From Promethearchaeota archaeon (lineage in GTDB: Archaea; Asgardarchaeota; Lokiarchaeia; Sigyniarchaeales; SOKP01): a stretch of DNA of 18,310 nt. Made by a program: the position numbers and the translations under genes. Position 1 is the first letter of the stretch. Each line of letters starts with the position of its first letter. Of the stretch, positions 1 through 8,850 are shown one piece after another. The notes under the pieces were generated by a model that saw only the letters and a program-made list of their open reading frames with translations, did not search any database and was not told the origin of the DNA. Location: contig JBHLNZ010000063.1 of NCBI GenBank assembly GCA_048941015.1, positions 1 to 18,310 on the forward strand, in the 5' to 3' direction.

Positions 1-1082
1 GGAATTTCTCTGTAGTCTTTAACAGCGAAAAACTTTCCATTTCCTGCTTTAGCAATTTCTTTACAAGTATCTATCCCACGGTCAGCATCATTTTCAGCAG
101 GCATACCAATTACATGTAGTTTAGGAAACTTTTTTGCTAATGGAATAGGATCACTACCTCTATTATAATTTCCATCTGAAATTAAGATTGCAAATTTATT
201 TCTTGCACTCGCTTTCACTTTATTCAATTCATTTAATCCTTTCTCTAAACCAATATAAATATTAGTAAAACCAACTGCTTCAGAATCAAGAATCTCATCT
301 ATAATAGTTGTAATCTCTTTTTTCTTATCTATTGGTTTTAGAACCATTGCTGTAGAATTAAATAAGATTATACTATAATCCTCCTTTTCCATGTTATAAG
401 CTAAAACTGATGTTGTTAGGGCCGCATTTAATAAAAGTTTTCCATACATACTTCCACTTGTATCAAGAATTAAAATAACTTTCCTTTTTTGTTGTTTTCT
501 TCTAATTCCATAGATATCCTTATAAGTTAAAGTCTTATTATAAACTTTTAAAGGGTTATGTTGAATAGTTTCATCCAAATCAAATTCAGGCATTCCAATT
601 TCATAATAGGGTACAACTTTCTTTATTTGACCTCTTATACCTTTACTTGTAATCTTTAATGAAGTGTTTAATATACTTTGTCTTGCTAATCTCCTAAAAA
701 TTTTTTTATATTTCTCTCCAATCGGACGCCTTATGAAAAAATACACTTCAGGCATAGACGTACCTGATTCCTTAGCCTTTTCAGTGAAAAACTTTACTCC
801 TTCATCACAATCAAGAGCGTCGGTTGCGGCATAAACATTTGATTTAAGCAGCCCCATAATTGCTTCAAGGTTTTTATATTGTATTGCTAAATAAGTTAAT
901 TCTTTAATTTGTTTATAATCTAAAGTATTTGCCAAATTACGATAATAATCTGGTTTTTTCTTTTTTTTCCGAATTATTTCATAACGTAAAATATCCTTAT
1001 CAGGGGGTCTGTCTGCAAGTCTAACGTGAAGCCTACCACTCTCAATCTCTTCGGAATTTTCTTTAGAGAAATCATCGATTAT
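1..1082 (-). CDS. VWA (von Willebrand factor A) domain protein, MoxR partner; 3' end lies beyond the window start; start codon uncertain
   Basis: Absent from the ORF track, translated by hand. The frame is open from about 1097 to base 1: ...IDDFSKENSEEIESGRLHVRLAD...VILILDTSGSMYG (MIDAS DxSxS, 464-450)...GFTNI...FAILISDGNYNRG...LHVIGMP...CKEIAKAGNGKF. The first in-frame TTG is at 935 and the first ATG at 857. An in-frame ATA at 1082 overlaps the MoxR stop codon. Confidence 0.88.
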   Translation of the reverse strand, partial: MIDDFSKENSEEIESGRLHVRLADRPPDKDILRYEIIRKKKKKPDYYRNLANTLDYKQIKELTYLAIQYKNLEAIMGLLKSNVYAATDALDCDEGVKFFTEKAKESGTSMPEVYFFIRRPIGEKYKKIFRRLARQSILNTSLKITSKGIRGQIKKVVPYYEIGMPEFDLDETIQHNPLKVYNKTLTYKDIYGIRRKQQKRKVILILDTSGSMYGKLLLNAALTTSVLAYNMEKEDYSIILFNSTAMVLKPIDKKKEITTIIDEILDSEAVGFTNIYIGLEKGLNELNKVKASARNKFAILISDGNYNRGSDPIPLAKKFPKLHVIGMPAENDADRGIDTCKEIAKAGNGKFFAVKDYREI

Positions 1083-1945
1083 TAAAAATCCAACTTATTT
1101 AGAACAGACAAAACAATATCAGTAATTATTTCCGTCTTGGATTTTGTGATACCATCTTCAAGTTCGATCTTGTTATAGAGTGCCATTATCGCGGAATCAA
1201 TCCAATTTTTTGAGCTTTTTTCTAATCCTGAATTTCGAATTAATGCCGCTAAATCAATTCCTCCTCTAATGGAGCTTCCTCTACGTATTGATGTGATATT
1301 CCTTGTGACTTGAATGATAGACTGGCAAATTTTAGCAATCTTTTCGCCATTATCTCCATCTAAATCCGCTTCGTTTTTAATAATCTTTATCTCTTCTTCC
1401 GGAGATTGGTAATCTAATTTAATCCAAATGAACCTATCTTTAAGTGCTTCTCCTAGTACAGTGGTTCCAACATGAGCAGTTGGATTTAATGTGGCAAGTA
1501 CAAAGAAATCTTTATGAGCATGAATCGTTTTTAATTTTGGTATTTCAAGAATTTTCTCATCTAGTGAAGTTAAAAGGGAATTTTGAGTGCTTTCTGGCAT
1601 TCTATTGATTTCATTTATAAAAAGACAACCACCTTGTTTCATAGCTGATGTTAAAGGTCCATAAACATATGAATCTTCAATATAACCTTTTGAAATTACT
1701 AAAGGAGGATCAAAATAACCAATTAAATTATGGGGCAATGTATCTTCTGAACAGTCTATTCTGTAAAAATTTGTATCATAATAAGAAGCGACCGCTTTTG
1801 CTATAGTTGTTTTTCCTACTCCAACTTCGCCTTCTATCAAAATATTTTTTCCAACTGATCTTGCTAAGATAATTTTAGTTAATTCCTCTTCTCTACCAAT
1901 AATATTATTTTGTTTTTGTATTTCTTGAACAATCTCAGAGGCCAT
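1082..1945 (-). CDS. MoxR-family AAA+ ATPase (AAA_5/CoxD/GvpN-like)
   Basis: IIGREEE N-terminus, Walker A GEVGVGKTT, variant Walker B CLFINEINR, LLTSLDE, sensor I VLATLNP, arginine finger ALKDRF, sensor II SIRG. It is directly followed by a VWA gene, the classic MoxR-VWA pairing. Confidence 0.93.
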   Translation of the reverse strand: MASEIVQEIQKQNNIIGREEELTKIILARSVGKNILIEGEVGVGKTTIAKAVASYYDTNFYRIDCSEDTLPHNLIGYFDPPLVISKGYIEDSYVYGPLTSAMKQGGCLFINEINRMPESTQNSLLTSLDEKILEIPKLKTIHAHKDFFVLATLNPTAHVGTTVLGEALKDRFIWIKLDYQSPEEEIKIIKNEADLDGDNGEKIAKICQSIIQVTRNITSIRRGSSIRGGIDLAALIRNSGLEKSSKNWIDSAIMALYNKIELEDGITKSKTEIITDIVLSVLNKLDF

Positions 1946-2053
1946 AATTTAGTTAATATTGTATTTCTAAAAAACTAAACTACTCATTTTGATATGATTT
2001 ATTTAGAATAAGAAGAATGTTTTAATTAAAAGAGCTTTAAAAGAACTTTGATA

Positions 2054-4111
2054 ATGAAGTTAAAACTAAAAATTAATTCTTGGATTGTCTTTTTATTTAT
2101 TTTTTTAATAATAAGTTTATCGATTATGAATTTGACTTATATAAATTTATCAGTTCAAAAAAGAAATGTTGAAGAAGATTCTCACACAAGATACAATCTT
2201 TCAGATGATGGAGTGGAATTTGATATTTTAGATTTTTGGCAAGAAGAGATTGCGCGCGTAAATAGTACTAATCTTGATATAGTATTTGGTGAGAATGATA
2301 CTATAGAATATACTAATCCTTACTCTAAAATAAAACATGAGTTTACGTCTCAAGAAGTTTATTTTAATTCCCCAAACTGGGTAGATGCAACGCCTGAGAA
2401 TCTAAGATTGCATGGTTATTTGTTATATCCTGAAGTGGTTAATGCAAGTAATCCTGGTTGTCTTTGTATGCATGGATTAAATGAAAAAGCAGAATCTGCT
2501 TTTAAACTTGCATATCCTTATTTAGAAAAAGGATTTATTGTATTATGCCATTCTCACCCCGGACATGGAAAATCAGAAGGAGTCCAACCTAGCCCTAATA
2601 ATATGTATTATCAAGCTGAATATAATCGATCAGCTCATTTTTATTTAACACTATGTGGTGCTATTCAAGGATTAAGGGTTTTAGAGAATATTTCAATTGT
2701 AAATAATTCTCAAATCTTAGTTACTGGAATTTCTTACGGTGGATTTAATGCTATGTGGCTAGCTGGTATATGTGGAGAACGAATTTCAGGTGTAATCCCA
2801 TATGTTGCTATAGGAGATATTGTAAAGAATTTAAAGTACCCGAACAAACTGATATTTTGGATATTAGGGAAAAGTCCTAAAGATATTCCTTCCTCATTTC
2901 AAAATAATCAACTTTTAAGATTCGATCCGATTTATTACTTGAAATCACCAAAAATGCCGCCTATTTTGTGGCAAATTGGAACGAATGATGATTTTTTTCA
3001 TTATAGCTCTATAAAGAGCACATTTGAAGCGGTTAATCATTCAAAGAAGTACCTTCAAATATACGCAAATGAACACCATGGCTTTCCTGGATTTGAAAAT
3101 ACTACAAAATTTTTTATTGATTATATTTTATATAATCACTCTATTCCACCTAATATTACAATTCAAAATTTTAAAAAAAATTGGGAGTTAATAGGAAATA
3201 CAATACAAGTTGATATAGAAACTGAATCCCAAAATGTAATAGGATCTGTGAAAATTTATTATAAATTTATTGATATAATAGGAACTTGCTGGCAAAAGGC
3301 AGAGCTTCGTAAAATAATAAATAATTCTTGGTCGATTACTTTAAACCCTTGGATAATTAATTCTAAACTTGATTTCTATATTACTATTGAATTAGAAGGG
3401 GAAGAAAATGTATGGTTTACGTCAAACATATATTCAGTAGGAATAATGATAAGTAATTATAGTCTTATTTTTTTATTTTTAATACTCTTTTTCATTATTT
3501 CTACACTAGCATTAATTGTCTGGAAGAGATATAACAAAATAGAATCATTATCGGATAAACAAATTAAAGTTAAAGCTAATGATTATATCAATAAAGAATT
3601 AGCATTTTTAGGTATTACAGAGTCCTTATTCTATATCTCGTTGATTTTACCTTGGATCTCATATCAAAGTGGAAGTGTAAATTTTAGCCATATTTATTTT
3701 TTTAATAATTTCTTTACTTGGAAATTGTTTATTGGAGCGATTTCACAAATATCAACGGCACTTTTTATTATAGGTTGGATAATTTATTCTTTTTTGAGTT
3801 TATTAAAACCTATAATCTCTGGAATTATCAAAATTATTTACCCAATTTTCATTTTAGTCTCATTCAGCATTATTGTTGAATCTACTGGGATTGCAAGTGA
3901 TCAATCCTTACTATCGAACTTTGGAATGATTTATCCTAGTTTTGGTTTATTTTTAATGATAGCAGCTTCAACCTTAACAATTATTATTGGGATTTGGAAA
4001 AGGAAATATGAAAATAAGCTTGGAATAAAGAAAAAAAAGAGACTTGAATTAAAAAATGTTTTTAAAAAGATTATACAACGATGGCAAATGTGGAAGAGGA
4101 ATAATATTTAA
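2054..4111 (+). CDS. Membrane-anchored alpha/beta-fold serine hydrolase (acetylxylan esterase/PqaA/S9-like) with a C-terminal multi-TM domain
   Basis: N-terminal hydrophobic anchor, LHGYLLYP...CLCMHG, PGHGKSEG, nucleophile elbow GISYGG, acid GTNDDFF, His in NEHHGF. A beta-rich domain and about 5 TM helices follow, and there are many N-x-S/T sequons. ATG at 2054 is preferred over TTG at 2048. Confidence 0.82.
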   Translation: MKLKLKINSWIVFLFIFLIISLSIMNLTYINLSVQKRNVEEDSHTRYNLSDDGVEFDILDFWQEEIARVNSTNLDIVFGENDTIEYTNPYSKIKHEFTSQEVYFNSPNWVDATPENLRLHGYLLYPEVVNASNPGCLCMHGLNEKAESAFKLAYPYLEKGFIVLCHSHPGHGKSEGVQPSPNNMYYQAEYNRSAHFYLTLCGAIQGLRVLENISIVNNSQILVTGISYGGFNAMWLAGICGERISGVIPYVAIGDIVKNLKYPNKLIFWILGKSPKDIPSSFQNNQLLRFDPIYYLKSPKMPPILWQIGTNDDFFHYSSIKSTFEAVNHSKKYLQIYANEHHGFPGFENTTKFFIDYILYNHSIPPNITIQNFKKNWELIGNTIQVDIETESQNVIGSVKIYYKFIDIIGTCWQKAELRKIINNSWSITLNPWIINSKLDFYITIELEGEENVWFTSNIYSVGIMISNYSLIFLFLILFFIISTLALIVWKRYNKIESLSDKQIKVKANDYINKELAFLGITESLFYISLILPWISYQSGSVNFSHIYFFNNFFTWKLFIGAISQISTALFIIGWIIYSFLSLLKPIISGIIKIIYPIFILVSFSIIVESTGIASDQSLLSNFGMIYPSFGLFLMIAASTLTIIIGIWKRKYENKLGIKKKKRLELKNVFKKIIQRWQMWKRNNI

Positions 4112-4924
4112 CAAATAGAATAGAATGAATAAAAATCCACAAAAAGTTAGAATTAAAAAAATAAGATCATTGGCTTTATAGTTCACTCGTATTAAATTTG
4201 TTCTTTTTTTATATAACCCAAAACATCTGTTTTCCATTGATATAGAAGAAATATGACCTTTGCGAAGTACTGACACCAATGTTGTTACCAACCTTTCAAA
4301 AATTAATTTATAAGCTTTTTTCACTGTATTTACTTTTTCAAGACCAAAACCCCGAGCTCTTTGAGCTAATGCTATTGTTTTAGCTTCTTCTTCTATAGTA
4401 GGGATATATTTTATTCCAACCATAAAAGAAAAGCAATATTTGTATGGAATTTTTAATCTTATAAGCGAGTATACAAAATCTTTCATATCTGTTGTATTAG
4501 AGTAAATTATCGCAGAAGTATATAAAGTTAAAATTATTAAAAAAGACCTTAAAGCGAAATATACAGCTAATCTTCTTATAGGTAAAAATGGGAGGTTAAA
4601 AAGGTAAAAAAGAACAATTTCATTTTCATTAGGAATAGCATTAAAGAAGATATTTAGTATAACGCTAAAAATCAGTACAATAATAATAAATCTCAATTTT
4701 CTTACTAAATTTTTAAGAGAGATATTACTTAATAATGCAAGTATTAACAATAATAATAAAACTAAAGCTAACAACAGGATACTGTTTATTAAAAATAATG
4801 AAATTGTTAACAAGATTAAAAAAATTAATTTTGAAATTGGATTTAAGTTATGCATTATAGATATTCCTGGAAAATAAGCAAATGTATACCTTTTATGATC
4901 TAATATATTTCTTTTTCTTTTCAT
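4049..4924 (-). CDS. ecfT: ECF transporter transmembrane T component
   Basis: SIMHNLNPISKL N-terminal motif, TTDMKDFVYSL, KYIPTIEEEAKTIALAQRARG (first X-R-X motif), SMENRCF (second motif). Adjacent to the ECF ATPase and S component. Confidence 0.93.
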   Translation of the reverse strand: MKRKRNILDHKRYTFAYFPGISIMHNLNPISKLIFLILLTISLFLINSILLLALVLLLLLILALLSNISLKNLVRKLRFIIIVLIFSVILNIFFNAIPNENEIVLFYLFNLPFLPIRRLAVYFALRSFLIILTLYTSAIIYSNTTDMKDFVYSLIRLKIPYKYCFSFMVGIKYIPTIEEEAKTIALAQRARGFGLEKVNTVKKAYKLIFERLVTTLVSVLRKGHISSISMENRCFGLYKKRTNLIRVNYKANDLIFLILTFCGFLFILFYLLNIIPLPHLPSLYNLFKNIF

Positions 4925-6745
4925 TTATTCAAATTCTCTTTTTAATCTTTCATTAATCTTTTCTAGAAGTATAATAGGTCCTAAATTCTTATGTCTAAGA
5001 AAATAATTGCTATTTATATCATAATCTCGTAATGAACCGTCCTTATTTAGTTCTATAATCCTTTTTGTATATTTAAGTAAAAGATGATAATCGTGAGAAG
5101 AAATTATTATAGTTTTACCTCTCTTATTTTCTATATATAATGTTTCTATTAAGGAATCTATTGTTTTTTGATCCTGCCCTATAAAAGGTTCATCAAGTAA
5201 AATTATATCTGGATTATAGACAAAAATAGAGCTTAAATTTAATCTTCTTTTTTGGCCCCAACTTAGTTTAAATGGATTTTTGAATTCACTTTCATTTCCA
5301 ATTAGAGTCTTTAATTTTGAAAAGTATTTTTCGCTAACCTCTTTTAAAGTACCAAAATTCTTAGGTGCATAGAGAATTTCATCTTTTATGGTTGATTTAA
5401 AGATCATACTTTCGGGGTTTTGAAAAATAAAACCAACGTATTTTGCATATGAGTAAGGATCAATTTCCTCTAAATATTGATTATTAAATAGTATCTTTCC
5501 AGAACTAGGAGTATATAGATTTGCTAATAGATACAATAATGTTGTCTTCCCTGAACCATTTGGACCTACAAGACCAATAAAATCTCCCTTTTGAATTTTT
5601 ATAGATAAATTATTTATTGCTTTGATGCCGTTATTAGGATATTCAAATGATAATTTCTTTGTTTCAATTATAATTTCATCCTTCTCATCGGAATTTGCAT
5701 TTCTTCCTTTGATATCATTCGGAGCAAAAAATCTATTCCTTTTTAAGGTTTCAATATATAGTTCTTTAAAATCAATTTTCTCTTCAAATTCAGAATATTT
5801 TTTTAATGCTTTAGGTTTAATTTCCTTATCTATGAGAATTTTGAGCAGACTATTTAACTGATTTTGACTCATTTTAGATATTATTTCTAAAAGATCTTGA
5901 AAATTTGAAGGATTACCATATTTTTGAGTATTGGTATTAAATTTCTTAAAATCATTAAATAAGTCTATTATCCAGGGCACTCTAACGTTGAAATCCTTTA
6001 ATTGATCAAATTTTTCGAATAATATTTCATTAATTGTTCCTTGTAATCCAATTTTGCCATTATCATCTAAAACGATAATTTTATCTGCAATATCTATAAC
6101 ACGTGATAACCTATGCTCTATTATAACTAATGTAAGAAGAAATTCCTTGGAATTTATCAACTTTTTTAAACGATTTAATAACAAGCTTTCTGAATGTTGA
6201 TCTAGAAAGGCAATAGGCTCATCTAAAATCAAAATTTTAGGCTCCATTGCTAAAAAAGAACTTAATATTGTTAGCTGTTTTTGCCCTCCGCTAAGTTGAT
6301 CTATATCTCTATCTAATAAGTGGTCGATCTCCATGAATTTTGAAACTTTTTTTACTCTTTCTCTAATTTCATTTTCATTATAGTTTAGATTTTCGAGTCC
6401 GAAAGCAATCTCATCTTTTACAGTAAAAGTTGTTAATTGATCCAGAGGATTCTGTTTTACTAAACCAACTTTTTTACAAATTTCTGTGAAATTATAATCC
6501 CATATACTTTTATTAAAAATTTGGATCTCTCCTTTAAAATAACCCTTTTGTCTCCATGGAATGATTCCATTCATAGCATAGGAAAGAGTTGATTTACCAC
6601 TTCCACTAGGACCTGCTAAAATCAAAACCTCTCCTTCATTAAGATTGAAACTTATATCTGAAACTGCTGGTTTTTCTGTTTCATCTGTACCATAAATGAA
6701 TGAGAAATTTTTAAAAGAAATAGCATTTTTATACGTGGAGGAAAT
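4925..6745 (-). CDS. ecfA: ECF transporter duplicated ATPase (A-A' fusion); probable ATT start at 6745
   Basis: Two ABC cassettes: GPSGSGKST/QNP/LSGGQKQ/ILILDEP/IIEHR and GPNGSGKTT/FQNPE/LSWGQKRR/ILLDEP/SSHD. The frame extends 40 codons above the TTG at 6625 and encodes the ABC N-terminal strands (AISFKNFSFIY...PAVSDISFNLNEGEVL). SD GGGGTGA lies 6 nt before ATT. Confidence 0.93.
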   Translation of the reverse strand: MSSTYKNAISFKNFSFIYGTDETEKPAVSDISFNLNEGEVLILAGPSGSGKSTLSYAMNGIIPWRQKGYFKGEIQIFNKSIWDYNFTEICKKVGLVKQNPLDQLTTFTVKDEIAFGLENLNYNENEIRERVKKVSKFMEIDHLLDRDIDQLSGGQKQLTILSSFLAMEPKILILDEPIAFLDQHSESLLLNRLKKLINSKEFLLTLVIIEHRLSRVIDIADKIIVLDDNGKIGLQGTINEILFEKFDQLKDFNVRVPWIIDLFNDFKKFNTNTQKYGNPSNFQDLLEIISKMSQNQLNSLLKILIDKEIKPKALKKYSEFEEKIDFKELYIETLKRNRFFAPNDIKGRNANSDEKDEIIIETKKLSFEYPNNGIKAINNLSIKIQKGDFIGLVGPNGSGKTTLLYLLANLYTPSSGKILFNNQYLEEIDPYSYAKYVGFIFQNPESMIFKSTIKDEILYAPKNFGTLKEVSEKYFSKLKTLIGNESEFKNPFKLSWGQKRRLNLSSIFVYNPDIILLDEPFIGQDQKTIDSLIETLYIENKRGKTIIISSHDYHLLLKYTKRIIELNKDGSLRDYDINSNYFLRHKNLGPIILLEKINERLKREFE

Positions 6746-6760
6746 ATGAATTCACCCCTA

Positions 6761-7405
6761 TTAAAAAGTTGTTGGAACTCCTGCTTTAATTAGATAGTTT
6801 TTTACTAACCTGCCTAATAGACCAGTTATAAAAATACCTGAAATAAAAGCAAAAGCAAAAGCTAAAACCCATAATGTCCAATGCAAATACCATCGCATAT
6901 TTATTATCCAAAAGAAAGGAGCTTGAAAAAAATTACCTATACCTCCTGCTATTCCCCATCCCAATTTTGTCTCACCCTCTCCTATCTTTTCCATAATAAA
7001 AAAGCCCCCTGCTAAACAAAATCCTTCGATAAGGTTAACAAGAATGATAATAACGCTCCAAGGATCACCTAACAAAAATTCTAAAAGACCCTTGGATATC
7101 ATAGTAAAAATAATATTTTGTTTTTTTCTAGTTAGACCATATACAATCGAAGCCCACATCACGTGATGTCCACTTACCAATTGAGTGCCACCCGTTAGAG
7201 GATACCAAACTTTTATTAATAAGCTAAAGGGTATTAGACTTGAAATAAATCCTCCTAATACTCCAATAATTGAAGAATATAATAGATCCAAAAGTGATAG
7301 TTTAATTTTTCTATCTTGACCCATTCCAGTCGCTTTATAATCTTTTTCAGCATCTTGTTTATCTAAATCGCTGGCTTTTCTAATAGTTGAATTCAAGTTG
7401 TTCAT
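6761..7405 (-). CDS. ECF transporter substrate-specific S component (group I, YkoE/HtsT/MtsT-like; substrate unknown)
   Basis: About 6 glycine-rich TM helices in about 180 aa, LLDLLYSSIIGVLGG start, KGLLEFLLG, and terminal LLGRLVKNYLIKAGV typical of group I S components. Lies immediately upstream of ecfA and ecfT. Confidence 0.85.
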   Translation of the reverse strand: MNNLNSTIRKASDLDKQDAEKDYKATGMGQDRKIKLSLLDLLYSSIIGVLGGFISSLIPFSLLIKVWYPLTGGTQLVSGHHVMWASIVYGLTRKKQNIIFTMISKGLLEFLLGDPWSVIIILVNLIEGFCLAGGFFIMEKIGEGETKLGWGIAGGIGNFFQAPFFWIINMRWYLHWTLWVLAFAFAFISGIFITGLLGRLVKNYLIKAGVPTTF

Positions 7406-7422
7406 AAGTTTTTAATCCTCTT

Positions 7423-7953
7423 TTATTGAATTAAGATTGTTTTCAATTCCTTTATTGTATAATGTGTATTTGCTTTATCTGGAATCACTTCATGATCGAC
7501 TACTGATCTTATTGGTCCATCATAAAATAATGGTTGACCGTCTTGCTCATAGGCTAAAATTATTTGATTTGGATAATCTTGAGCTAATTGAATATCTAAT
7601 GGAGTCTCTGCATAATAACCATCTCCTCCTATAAATAAGAATGTCTTAGCATCTTCTTGCAGTATATTTTCTACTTCAAAGATACTCCATAACGAAACTC
7701 CTGAAAATACTAAATCATATTCACGTCCTATAGCATTAACAATATGAAAAGTTTTATCTCTAATCTGTAAATATTTATCTGATTTTAGATCAGAAAAGGT
7801 CAAATCAATTTCATTACTAACTTTACCTTTTATAATTATAGTATTTTGTGATGGGTTTACATCTAAAATAATATAACTATATGTAAATAACCAGAATAGA
7901 GAAATTCCAATACAAATTGATGCAATGAGTAAATAAAAGTTTCTTTTTTCCAT
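7423..7953 (-). CDS. Membrane-anchored molybdopterin-binding (Oxidored_molyb / sulfite-oxidase fold) domain protein lacking the Mo-ligating Cys
   Basis: IIKGKVSNEIDLTFSDL, FSGVSLWSIF, FIGGDGYY, IILAYEQDGQPL, GPIRSVV and IKELKTI match the SO/YedY fold in order. The FHCV position reads FHIV. One N-terminal TM. Confidence 0.82.
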   Translation of the reverse strand: MEKRNFYLLIASICIGISLFWLFTYSYIILDVNPSQNTIIIKGKVSNEIDLTFSDLKSDKYLQIRDKTFHIVNAIGREYDLVFSGVSLWSIFEVENILQEDAKTFLFIGGDGYYAETPLDIQLAQDYPNQIILAYEQDGQPLFYDGPIRSVVDHEVIPDKANTHYTIKELKTILIQ

Positions 7954-7959
7954 TTTTTA

Positions 7960-8850
7960 CTATATAATTTGAACCTCGTATTTTTTCTGAATTATTAATA
8001 AAAAGGAGGATATAAATCCGATTACTATAATAAAATAAATTAGATAACCGTCAATAAATGGTTTTTTTTCTTCATTTCTCAAATCTAGAGCATATGTCCA
8101 AGAAATTGCATGATCTTCATGGGTACCGTCATTCATAATTCCCATATTAAATTTGTAAAGTTTATTCTCATTAAATTGAACGTCATAATTATCGTTATCT
8201 ATTAATTTTCTCCTCATTTCAAGACTGTAAGAATGATTAATAACATAATTATATCCGACTTGAATATCTTCTGTTTCCAAACTAGGATTATACCATCCTG
8301 TTGTCCCAAAACATAAATCACTGCAGTAATATGAAGAACCGTTTGGAGGAGAACTTGATAAGCATGTCCAATCCCAGCAATCTACATTACCACCTCCCAT
8401 CTCAGAGGTATCCATCCCCCCTAAAAAGTAAGCACTAAAATTAGGGACATTAATATTCCAACAAAAGTAAAGTCCATCGTAATAATTACCTCCTAAAGCT
8501 GGAAGAGTGGTATTATCAAGCCATTGACAGAGAATATAAAGATAATTATCGTTCATAACTAAACTTAGATTCATATAACCAATAAAAAATCCAGGAGTCC
8601 CTACTTCGCTTGCTAATGCTACGGTAGTGGAGCCGTTTGTATTAGAAGGATTTGACCAAAATTGTTCTGAAGGTATACCATCTAAATTGATTACAGCATT
8701 TTTTTCATAATAAGGTTTCATATAAGTTATTCCATGAGATTCACCACAGTCTCCCCAACCCCAGTAAGCTGAAATTTGTTGGGGTAAAATTCCTAAAATA
8801 ATAATAAAATTAATGAATCCAAATGAAATAAGAAAATTTCGTGTTCTCAT
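7960..8850 (-). CDS. Secreted, C-terminally anchored DOMON / ethylbenzene-dehydrogenase gamma-like (EB_dh) domain protein, possibly heme-binding
   Basis: Signal peptide (ISA|Y), INLDGIPSEQFW, NDNYLYILCQWLDNT, DGLYFCW, GGMDT (candidate Met ligand), VDCWDW, YSLEMRRKL...YDVQF, HEDHAIS (candidate His ligand). The tail IDGY-TM-KK resembles Loki-CTERM. Confidence 0.75.
   Translation of the reverse strand: MRTRNFLISFGFINFIIILGILPQQISAYWGWGDCGESHGITYMKPYYEKNAVINLDGIPSEQFWSNPSNTNGSTTVALASEVGTPGFFIGYMNLSLVMNDNYLYILCQWLDNTTLPALGGNYYDGLYFCWNINVPNFSAYFLGGMDTSEMGGGNVDCWDWTCLSSSPPNGSSYYCSDLCFGTTGWYNPSLETEDIQVGYNYVINHSYSLEMRRKLIDNDNYDVQFNENKLYKFNMGIMNDGTHEDHAISWTYALDLRNEEKKPFIDGYLIYFIIVIGFISSFLLIIQKKYEVQII

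Noticed and set aside
974-1075. 33-aa ATG-initiated ORF (MISLKKIP...) just after the MoxR stop
   Set aside because: It is in the MoxR frame, out of frame with VWA, and stops before the A-rich tract at 954-968, so it cannot slip into VWA there. No recognisable features.
5622-5861. 79-aa plus-strand ORF
   Set aside because: Antisense shadow of ecfA with S/F/L-rich composition and no motifs.
7437-7634. 65-aa plus-strand ORF
   Set aside because: Antisense to the SO-fold gene, with no SD or recognisable motif.
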